Source: an uncultured Bacilli bacterium
Lineage (GTDB): Bacteria > Bacillota_I > Bacilli_A > RF39 > UBA660
Direction: 5' to 3'
DNA: 64,000 nt
Assembly: GCA_947630575.1 (NCBI GenBank)
Contig: CANRIB010000003.1
Coordinates: forward strand, 15,670-79,669
In this document: positions 56,234-64,000 of the stretch, piece after piece
Position numbering within the stretch: position 1 is the first letter of the stretch
Layout: the number at the start of each line of letters is the position of its first letter
Position numbers and translations under genes: made by a program
Notes under the pieces: generated by a model
What the model was told of the DNA's origin: nothing
Databases searched by the model: none
Seen by the model: only the letters and a program-made list of their open reading frames with translations

Positions 56234-58081
56234 ATGAAAAAGAATAAAAGAGTAATAATATTGTTAAGTGTATTAATATTAGGAATAGGTGTATCTTTAG
56301 CATACTTTGTAGGTAAAACAATATTTAAGGGAACAGGAGCCACAACAGAAGGAAGAACGGCAACCATAAATGGTTCAACATTAGATATAAGTGGTAATAT
56401 AGAGTTTAAAGATATAGATATATATCCAGGACATCAAACATTATCTAAAGTAACAGCGACTGCAACAGGTAATAATGAACTTATAGCCTATAACTTAACA
56501 TGGATAGGAACAAATGATTTAAGTACTAATTTAAAATATAAAGTATATGTATCAGAAGAAAATAAAGATATAGAATTAAATTGTGAAAAGAAAAAGAAAG
56601 TAGTAAATGGAGCCCAACAATTAAATGAAGTATGTACATCAAATATAGAAGAATTAGGAGAACCAATAAGTGAAGGAGAGATATCAGAAATAACAGAAGA
56701 AGAACAAACAATAAAAATAACTAATACCGAGTTTATAACAGCAAAAGAAAAAGGAACAAAGAAATATTATTATATCATAGTAGAATATCCAGATAAAGAA
56801 GATCAAAGTATAGATATAGGAGAAGGCTTTAAAGGAAAAGTATATGGAGAGATAAGTAATACTAAAGCAGATATAAACCTAGTGGCATTTTATCAAGAAA
56901 CAGAAGAAGGCAAATATGAAGAAGTAGAAGAAATACCGAAAGAGGGATATGTATTAAATCAAAAAGAAACAAAATGTAATAATGAAGAAGTGAAAGTGAG
57001 AATAGAGAATAATGAGATAATATTAACAAATGTAAGCAAAAGTGGAACAGCTTGTTATTTGTATTTTTCTAAACCAACATCAGATAAAACATTGGCAGCA
57101 TTAAAATTAACATTGAATAATGAAATTCCAGATTTTAGTAAAACAAGTTGTGAGGAGGGATGTGACGAATCAACCAATGGAGTGTTTAAAGGAGAAGAAA
57201 ATGGACAACCAACATATTATTTCCGAGGCACAGTAGATAATAACTATGTATTATTTGCAGGATATTATTGGCGAATCATCCGAATAAATAGTAATGGCTC
57301 AATTCGTATAATTTATAGTGGAACCACAGCCGGAGCAACAGGAAAATCAGCTCAATTAAATAATGGAATAACTCAAGTATTTAATAGAGTAGATGATGAT
57401 AATGCATATGTAGGATATATGTATGGGGAAACTAGTCAACCACAAAATGCAGCAGGATATGATGCAACCCATAAAAATACAAATAATAGCGTAACAAAAA
57501 CCTACATAGATAATTGGTATACAAATACATTGTCAAAAGCAAAAAATAATGGAAAAAACGCAACAGAATATATAGATACAGAAGCAGGTTTTTGTGGAGA
57601 TAGAACACCATATGAATATGGTAATTTATCGATAGATTCACAGCCTGACAATAAAAAGTATGGCATAGGAAAAATAACAACATATTATGGAGCATATTAT
57701 AGAATAAATAAATCGCATCAACCAACATTTGATTGTCCAAATCCTTCAAATAATTTGTACACAGTAAGTGGAGCAGAAACAGGAAATAAGTCTTTAACAA
57801 ATCCAATAGGCTTAATCACCGCAGATGAAGTAATATATGCAGGAGGGCAAACAAAAGAAAACAGATATTACTGGTTGTATACAGGCGGAGAAGCTTATTG
57901 GACAATATCACCATATTATTTTGACGGGACTTATGCTGTTATATCTAATGTACATTTGGATGGAGGTATTAATTATAATCGAGCAGATAATGGAAAGAGC
58001 ATTCGACCTGTTATAAATCTTAAGGCAGATGTATCAATAACAGGAAGTGGCACAATAGATTCTCCATATGAAATATCTTAA
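56234..58081 (+). CDS. exported protein, paralog family member A2 (TasA/camelysin-like signal region + DUF6273-like C-terminal domain)
   Basis: The N-terminus is MKKNKRVIILLSVLILGIGVSLAYFVGKT...GSTLDISG. The C-terminal roughly 330 aa are paralogous to 4702..6117. Confidence 0.75.
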   Translation: MKKNKRVIILLSVLILGIGVSLAYFVGKTIFKGTGATTEGRTATINGSTLDISGNIEFKDIDIYPGHQTLSKVTATATGNNELIAYNLTWIGTNDLSTNLKYKVYVSEENKDIELNCEKKKKVVNGAQQLNEVCTSNIEELGEPISEGEISEITEEEQTIKITNTEFITAKEKGTKKYYYIIVEYPDKEDQSIDIGEGFKGKVYGEISNTKADINLVAFYQETEEGKYEEVEEIPKEGYVLNQKETKCNNEEVKVRIENNEIILTNVSKSGTACYLYFSKPTSDKTLAALKLTLNNEIPDFSKTSCEEGCDESTNGVFKGEENGQPTYYFRGTVDNNYVLFAGYYWRIIRINSNGSIRIIYSGTTAGATGKSAQLNNGITQVFNRVDDDNAYVGYMYGETSQPQNAAGYDATHKNTNNSVTKTYIDNWYTNTLSKAKNNGKNATEYIDTEAGFCGDRTPYEYGNLSIDSQPDNKKYGIGKITTYYGAYYRINKSHQPTFDCPNPSNNLYTVSGAETGNKSLTNPIGLITADEVIYAGGQTKENRYYWLYTGGEAYWTISPYYFDGTYAVISNVHLDGGINYNRADNGKSIRPVINLKADVSITGSGTIDSPYEIS

Positions 58082-58291
58082 AGTAAAATAAATTCCTTGT
58101 CTATTATGCTTATCCTTTTTATTAATAGACAAGATTATGGGTTACCTTTACCCAACATAATACATGAATAGAAAGTTTTTACTTTCTGTTCTTTTAATTT
58201 AAAAAATAATTATCTTAAAAATAAACATTAATATTATACTTCGACAAGTTTTTCTAAACTTATTATATATAATATACTAAAGGTGAATTAT

Positions 58292-59206
58292 ATGCGTCGA
58301 TTTATAACTAAAAGAAAAGTAAAAATCCCCAGATATAAAATATTATCAATAAAAATAGTATCATTTTTACTTCTATTTTCATTTATATACATAATATTTA
58401 GTATCATAATTACCAAAGATAATTCTCCACTTTTAAATATTATAGGCAGCAATTCTTTTGGTAATAATTTAAGTAGTTATAACATATATAAAAATAACAA
58501 ACAACTATTTTATCAAAACAGTTTTGGCTCATATTCCAGTACCACCAAAACAAGTTACAATAGTTCTAACTTACATGAATTAATATTATCTAAACCTCTT
58601 ATATACATTTATAATACTTTCCAAACTGAAAAATATAAAAGTACAAATAATAATGATTATAATGTTAATTCCGTTATAAGTGCCGCGAGTTTAATACTAT
58701 CCGAATATTTAAAAAAAGAAGGTATTAAATCTCTAGTAGAACTAGAAAATATTGATAAACTAGCTCAAGAAAAGAATTATAGTTCTAACTATCTTACATC
58801 TAAGTATCTTTTAAATAAAGCCAAAAAAGAAAATCCCAGTCTAAATTATTATTTTGATCTTCAAATATCTTCCGCCTCCTATTCTGAAACAACCTATGAA
58901 ACCCCAGAAAAAAATTATGCTAAAATAAGATTTATTATTGGTACCAATTATGATTCTTATAAAGAAAATCTTAAATTTGCAACTTTACTTAACACTAAAT
59001 TAACCATCCAAAATTCCAATTTATCTCGCGGAATATCTTTAGAAGGTGGAACTGATAATGAAGGAATATATAACGAAGACATAAACTCTCATGTTTTATT
59101 AATTGAGGTTGGTGGTAAAGAAAATACTATCGCGGAAGTTAATAACACTTTAAAAGTTTTTGCCAGTATTATAAAGGAGGCCATCAATGAAGAAGAAAAA
59201 AAGTAA
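58292..59206 (+). CDS. spoIIP: stage II sporulation protein P
   Basis: N-terminal TM, with the SpoIIP blocks PLIYIYNTFQTEKY and HVLLIEVGGKENTIAEVNNT. Confidence 0.8.
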   Translation: MRRFITKRKVKIPRYKILSIKIVSFLLLFSFIYIIFSIIITKDNSPLLNIIGSNSFGNNLSSYNIYKNNKQLFYQNSFGSYSSTTKTSYNSSNLHELILSKPLIYIYNTFQTEKYKSTNNNDYNVNSVISAASLILSEYLKKEGIKSLVELENIDKLAQEKNYSSNYLTSKYLLNKAKKENPSLNYYFDLQISSASYSETTYETPEKNYAKIRFIIGTNYDSYKENLKFATLLNTKLTIQNSNLSRGISLEGGTDNEGIYNEDINSHVLLIEVGGKENTIAEVNNTLKVFASIIKEAINEEEKK

Positions 59207-59516
59207 TTTATTTATTAAAATTTTATCTTTATTATTTATAGTTTATGTTGCATTACTTATTGCCTTTGAAAGTGGTTATTATGATACTAAAGTCGGTAAT
59301 AAAGCTATTCTTACTAAAGAAGCCATGGAAAGATTTGAAGAAGATATAGAAAAAGGCGAAATGGTTGACGTCAAAGATTATTTACAAGAAGAAAAAGTAG
59401 ATTATTCTAATACCGTTACTAAAATAGGAAATAAAGCCTCTAAATGTCTTGAAGAAGTCATGACTAAAGGTTTATCTGGACTTATAGATACTTTAAAAGG
59501 CTTATTTTGGAAGTAG
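59187..59516 (+). CDS. small membrane-anchored hypothetical protein
   Basis: GGAGG RBS and an N-terminal TM (LFIKILSLLFIVYVALLIAF). It overlaps the end of spoIIP. Confidence 0.5.
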   Translation: MKKKKSNLFIKILSLLFIVYVALLIAFESGYYDTKVGNKAILTKEAMERFEEDIEKGEMVDVKDYLQEEKVDYSNTVTKIGNKASKCLEEVMTKGLSGLIDTLKGLFWK

Positions 59517-59589
59517 ATTAACACTAATAAATAAAAAAATTATAGTTTTTTTGAAAATTTATAGTATAATTAGATTGAGAGGTGAGTTT

Positions 59590-60672
59590 ATGCGTATCGT
59601 TGTTAGTGCTGGTGGCACAGGTGGTCACATTTATCCCGCTTTAGCCGTTATAGATAAACTAAAAGAAAAATATTCTAATTTAGAAGTTCTCTACATTGGA
59701 ACTAAAAATCGTATGGAAAGTGAAATTATTCCCGAAAGAGGAATACCTTTTCAAGGCCTAGAAATTTATGGTTTTACCAAAAATATAGGTCGTGATTTAA
59801 AAAATATTTATTTAATAACCAATAATTATTATAAATGTAAAAAAATCTTAAAAGAATTTAAACCGGATTTAGTCCTAGGATTTGGTGGTTATGTAACCTA
59901 TCCCGTTATTAAAGCGGCTAAATCTTTAAAAATAAAAACTTTTTTACATGAACAAAATAGTATAGTTGGCAAAACTAATAAAGCCTTAGCAAAAAATATT
60001 GACTTAGTGGCAGTATCTTTTTTATCTACTGTAAAAAAATTTAATAAAGCGAAAAAAGTCATATATTCTGGTAATCCCTGTGGTGAAGCTGCCATCAATA
60101 CCAAAGAAATTAAAAAAAGAGATTTAGGCTTAGACGACAAGAAAAAACTTGTTATAGTTGTAGCCGGGTCTTTAGGTAGTAGTACCCTAAATGAAAAAAT
60201 GAAAGAATTTTTACGTTTAAGCAAAAAAAGTAATTATCAAGTAGTTTATATTACGGGCAAAAACCATTATGAAGATTTTATTAAAGGTAGTCGTTTTGGT
60301 TCTAATATTAAAATTTTACCATTTTTAGATAACCTGCCGGGCCTTATGAAAAATGCTGATTTAATAATAACTAGAGCCGGAGCAAGTACCATGAGTGAAG
60401 TTCTTGCTCTAAGCTTACCTGCCATATTTATCCCTAGTCCTTATGTAGCAAATAACCATCAATATTATAATGCCAGAGAAATCGTCGATAATAATGCTGG
60501 TTTAATGCTCGAAGAAAAAGACTTAAATGCTAAAGATTTATATAAAATGGTTGAAAATATTTTACAAGATAAACAAAAATATGAAATAATGAAAATGAAT
60601 TTAAAAAGTTTAGGTAAAATAAACAGTCGTGAAATCATTGTAAATGAAATAGGAGAGTTGTTCCATGATTAA
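59590..60672 (+). CDS. murG: undecaprenyldiphospho-muramoylpentapeptide beta-N-acetylglucosaminyltransferase
   Basis: Contains MRIVVSAGGTGGHIYPALA, HEQN, ITRAGASTMSE and NHQYYNA. ATG 59590 follows a GAGGTGA RBS. Confidence 0.95.
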   Translation: MRIVVSAGGTGGHIYPALAVIDKLKEKYSNLEVLYIGTKNRMESEIIPERGIPFQGLEIYGFTKNIGRDLKNIYLITNNYYKCKKILKEFKPDLVLGFGGYVTYPVIKAAKSLKIKTFLHEQNSIVGKTNKALAKNIDLVAVSFLSTVKKFNKAKKVIYSGNPCGEAAINTKEIKKRDLGLDDKKKLVIVVAGSLGSSTLNEKMKEFLRLSKKSNYQVVYITGKNHYEDFIKGSRFGSNIKILPFLDNLPGLMKNADLIITRAGASTMSEVLALSLPAIFIPSPYVANNHQYYNAREIVDNNAGLMLEEKDLNAKDLYKMVENILQDKQKYEIMKMNLKSLGKINSREIIVNEIGELFHD

Positions 60673-61543
60673 AAGTTCTAACTTAGAGATAATTAAAAAC
60701 GCATCTTTAAAAAATTTAAATACCTATAAAGTTGATTCTCATGCTAAATATTTAATAAAAGTATTAAATATAGAAGGTTTAAAAGAAATACTTACCTATA
60801 TTAAACAAGAAAACTTAGACTATTTTATTTTAGGAAATGGTTCTAATATCATTTTAGATGAATACTTAGATGGTATTATTATTAAATTAGATGGTTTAAA
60901 TAAACTTACAATTAAAGATCAAACTGTTATATGTGAAGCAGGAGTCAAAATGCCTACTTTAGCAAGTGAAACTGTGAATAATAATTTAACTGGTTTAGAA
61001 TGGGCTATTAACATTCCCGGTTCTGTCGGTGGTAGTATCATTGGTAATGCTGGTGCCTATAATTCAGAAATATTTGATAATTTAATAAGTATAAAAGTAA
61101 TAGATAAAAATTTAAATATTCAAGAATTAAAAAAAGAAGATATTAGTTATTCTTATCGGCATACTAGTTTAAAAAATAAAAATTACATAGTTTTAGAAGC
61201 TAAATTTAAATTAAATAAAGGAAACAAAGAAGAATCTTTAAATTTAATCAAAGACCGTACAGCAAGAAGAAAAGCAACTCAACCAATAGATATGCCGAGT
61301 GCCGGTTCTGTATTCCGTAATCCTGAAAATGACCATGCCGGAAGACTAATAGAAGAAGCAGGATTAAAAGGAAAAAAAATCGGTGGTGCTGAAATTTCTA
61401 AAAAACACGCCAATTTTATTGTAAATACTGGTAATGCTACTAGTAAAGATATTAAAAGTTTGATAAAATTAATACAAGCAGTAATTAAAGAAAAGTATAA
61501 TATTGATTTAATATTAGAGCAAGAAATAATTGAATGGAAGTAA
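60665..61543 (+). CDS. murB: UDP-N-acetylenolpyruvoylglucosamine reductase
   Basis: MurB blocks are present (LGNGSNIL, NIPGSVGGSIIGNAGAY, YRHT, PSAGSVFRNP, GGAEISKKHANFIVN). Confidence 0.95.
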   Translation: MIKSSNLEIIKNASLKNLNTYKVDSHAKYLIKVLNIEGLKEILTYIKQENLDYFILGNGSNIILDEYLDGIIIKLDGLNKLTIKDQTVICEAGVKMPTLASETVNNNLTGLEWAINIPGSVGGSIIGNAGAYNSEIFDNLISIKVIDKNLNIQELKKEDISYSYRHTSLKNKNYIVLEAKFKLNKGNKEESLNLIKDRTARRKATQPIDMPSAGSVFRNPENDHAGRLIEEAGLKGKKIGGAEISKKHANFIVNTGNATSKDIKSLIKLIQAVIKEKYNIDLILEQEIIEWK

Positions 61544-61547
61544 AAAA

Positions 61548-62345
61548 ATGGAAAAAAGGGTTAAAAAAGTAAGAAGACTAAATATTAAAGCTTTGCTTGT
61601 ATTACTATTGATTATCTATTTAATAGTAATGTTTTTATATACTTTTTTAACTATGCCCATTAAAAATATCTATATTAAAAATACTAAATTACTTACTGAT
61701 AATGAAATAATTGAAATTGCCGGCTTAAAAAAATATCCATCTATAATTAAAATAAACACTAAAAAATTAGAAAAAAAAATATCTAGTTTAGAATTAGTAA
61801 CAAGTGTCCATATTAAAAAGAATCTTCTTGGCAAACTTACTATTGATATTGAAGAAGCTAAACCTTTATTTTATAATCGTAATACTGAAAAAGTAGTTTT
61901 AAGTAATGGTTTAGAAGTAAATAAAAGTAATAAATATTTAGGTATTCCTACATTAGTTAATTATGTTCCTAAAGATTTATTAAAAGAATTTATTTCTTCT
62001 TTTAAAGATGTAAATTCTGATATTATAAGTATGATTAATGAAATATTATATGACCCCGATATAAAAGAAGAAGTAACTATTGATGATAAAAGATTTAAAT
62101 TAACTATGAACGATACTAATTTAGTTTATGTAAATGTTTTAAATATGGAAAGATTAAATAATTATATTGAAATATATGCTTCTATAAGCAGTGCTGCTGA
62201 TGGTAAAAAAGGAACTCTTTATTTAGATAGTTATCTAAGTGAAAACAATTTATTTACTCCTTTTGATGGCAATAAAGATAATAAAAATGATTCTAAAGAT
62301 GAAAATAATAAAAATACAGGGGATGAGGAAAATGGAGAAGATTAA
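61548..62345 (+). CDS. divIB: cell division protein DivIB/FtsQ-like (POTRA)
   Basis: N-terminal TM then POTRA-like IKNIYIKNTKLLTDNEIIEIAGL. It lies after murG-murB and has an acidic, low-complexity tail. Confidence 0.7.
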   Translation: MEKRVKKVRRLNIKALLVLLLIIYLIVMFLYTFLTMPIKNIYIKNTKLLTDNEIIEIAGLKKYPSIIKINTKKLEKKISSLELVTSVHIKKNLLGKLTIDIEEAKPLFYNRNTEKVVLSNGLEVNKSNKYLGIPTLVNYVPKDLLKEFISSFKDVNSDIISMINEILYDPDIKEEVTIDDKRFKLTMNDTNLVYVNVLNMERLNNYIEIYASISSAADGKKGTLYLDSYLSENNLFTPFDGNKDNKNDSKDENNKNTGDEENGED

Positions 62346-62949
62346 TTATCAAAAAGTATTATTGAATCTAGTCGCCACTTTTAAAGATAAACCAAACTTA
62401 TTATTACATAGTTGCTGTGGCCCATGTTCTACTGAAGTTATCAATTTTTTAAAAGATTATTTTAATATTACTGTATATTACTATAATCCTAATATTGAAC
62501 CTCAAGAAGAATATTTAAAAAGAAAAAAAGAACAAATAAGATTTATTAATGAATATAATAAAGAACATCATGATAAAATAAACTATTTAGAGTGTAATTA
62601 TGAAAATGAAAAATTTAAAGATGCCACAATAGGTCTAGAAAATGAAAAAGAAGGGGGAGCTAGATGCCCCAAATGCTTTTATTTACGCTTAAAAACTACC
62701 GCCCAAAAAGCTAAAGAAGAAAATTTTGCTTATTTTGGCACAACTCTAACAGTAAGTCCTCACAAAAATAGTGAGATTATTAATAAAATAGGGGAAGAAA
62801 TTGCCAAAGAAGTTGGTACAAATTATATATATGGTGATTTTAAAAAAAATGATGGCTATAAAAAAAGTATAGAATATAGTAAAATTTATAATTTATATCG
62901 TCAAAATTACTGTGGCTGTTTATATGGAAAGGAGTATAACCATGATTAA
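62332..62949 (+). CDS. queH: epoxyqueuosine reductase QueH (DUF208)
   Basis: Contains LLLHSCCGPCST, YYNPNIEPQEEY, GGARCPKCFYLRL, TLTVSPHKN and YRQNYCGC. ATG 62332 is preferred (MEKINYQK). Confidence 0.85.
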   Translation: MEKINYQKVLLNLVATFKDKPNLLLHSCCGPCSTEVINFLKDYFNITVYYYNPNIEPQEEYLKRKKEQIRFINEYNKEHHDKINYLECNYENEKFKDATIGLENEKEGGARCPKCFYLRLKTTAQKAKEENFAYFGTTLTVSPHKNSEIINKIGEEIAKEVGTNYIYGDFKKNDGYKKSIEYSKIYNLYRQNYCGCLYGKEYNHD

Positions 62950-63418
62950 TAAATATATTATATTTTTAACTTTTATCCCATGGATTATTATTTTTATTAT
63001 AAATTCTCTTCGTCTACTTAATAAAAATAATAATGAAAAGATAACTATTAAATTTATTTATAAAAATTTTTTTAAAATCTTTAGATTAGATACTTTATTT
63101 CTAATAATAGTTTTCTTCTATTTTGCCTCATATAATAAAGATTTTGTTAATCAATATTTATTTGCTGTAATGAATATCTATCTATGTGTAAATAGTATCT
63201 ATGAAAAAAAAGCTAAATATCCTAAAAATTTCTTAAAAAATAATATCTTTAACTTTATACTATTATTAGTAGTCTTATTAATTCCATTTATTATTTACTT
63301 TACTAACAAAAATTTAACTTTAACTTATAAAATAATGCTAATATATTTATTCCTAGAATATATTATAATATTACTAATACTTAATATATCTAAGTTACTT
63401 AAAAAAATTACTAAGTAA
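62942..63418 (+). CDS. polytopic small membrane protein, hypothetical
   Basis: GGAGT RBS and four or five hydrophobic segments. A terminator hairpin (agttactta/taagtaact + T-run) overlaps the stop. Confidence 0.5.
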   Translation: MINKYIIFLTFIPWIIIFIINSLRLLNKNNNEKITIKFIYKNFFKIFRLDTLFLIIVFFYFASYNKDFVNQYLFAVMNIYLCVNSIYEKKAKYPKNFLKNNIFNFILLLVVLLIPFIIYFTNKNLTLTYKIMLIYLFLEYIIILLILNISKLLKKITK

Positions 63419-63872
63419 CTTTTTTTCATGTCAGTGAAGGGGAAGGGTGAGGGGAATAAACCCAAGAGAAATAAAAAGCTCATGTTGTTTATTAAATATA
63501 GGAAGGGTATTAATAAATTAAAGGATATATCTTCCTTATCTTCTTTAATTAATATCTTCTCCTAGAAATATATCTCTTGCCCCTCATTAGGCATCTATAT
63601 CTCTTCTTTTTCCTCTAATCTTCTTCCCATCTTGTTTAGGATCTTTTCTTCTCTTCTATTATCTCCTCTTTTTTCATATATTTCTTACGGGGGCGTCCCT
63701 CCCATTGCGCACCTCTCCCTCGCGGGCTCGGTCCTCATCACCATCCCCCCACAGCGCACCTCTCCATCCCCTTTACCCCTCGGCTTGACATTTTTTTAAA
63801 AAATAGCCATCCTTTTGCCTTCTTTTTTTTTGGTCTTTTTATGTTATTATTGTAACGTGAAGGAGGAAGAAG

Positions 63873-64000
63873 ATGAAAAATCTTAAAAGGTTATTAGGTT
63901 TAATGGCTATATCTGGATTTGCTTTCGGATTTGCTGGTAATGTTAAGGCTGAAGAAACAACAGTAGACAATGCAAGCGCATGTGCATCAGTAGAAAGCTC
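63873..64000 (+). CDS. exported protein, N-terminal fragment (runs off window end)
   Basis: AGGAGG RBS at 63861-63866 and signal peptide MKNLKRLLGLMAISGFAFGFAGNVKA|EE. Confidence 0.55.
   Translation, partial: MKNLKRLLGLMAISGFAFGFAGNVKAEETTVDNASACASVES

Noticed and set aside
63591-63788. 65-codon stop-free plus-strand frame across the pyrimidine/GC-rich island (ASISLLFPLIFF...SPSPHSAPLHPLYPSA).
   Set aside because: It has no start codon or RBS, and the composition-driven frame looks fortuitous. The region is kept as an unexplained non-coding finding instead.

Overview
This is a 64-kb window from a very AT-rich, endospore-forming Firmicute. Sporulation markers are gpr, spoIIP, cse60 and a SpoVB/MurJ-like flippase, and murG-murB-divIB shows a peptidoglycan wall. 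All family assignments come from motif recognition by eye, with no database search.

The core genes are sufB, ssb, RNase J, an M29 aminopeptidase, tyrS, trmB, lysS, tRNA-Asn, addBA, lemA with a DUF2207 gene, rpsT, gpr, spoIIP, murG, murB, divIB and queH. Several accessory blocks interrupt them.

1. The best candidate for a new system is an 8-9 gene operon at about 28.9-38.2 kb. It is built around a CpaB-like protein, a CpaF/TadA-type ATPase and two TadB/TadC-like membrane proteins. No Flp prepilin, prepilin peptidase or TadZ is recognisable. The operon is led by two exported Cys-rich proteins, one of them 1302 aa, and followed by a separately promoted 2-TM pilin-like gene.
2. A four-member family of exported proteins sits at three loci (4.7, 47.4/49.2 and 56.2 kb). 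Each locus has a divergently transcribed small DNA-binding protein.
3. Two type I toxin-antitoxin-like modules with mirrored architecture lie next to two of those cassettes.
4. A class-B-like sortase carries an unusual cytoplasmic N-terminal domain of about 280 aa. Its probable SPDTG substrate is encoded next to it.
5. Other elements are an intact IS1595-like element, two Rpn/PD-(D/E)XK paralogs, and an unexplained GC-rich, pyrimidine-skewed non-coding island at 63.4-63.9 kb.

No CRISPR array, rRNA or obvious prophage was seen.
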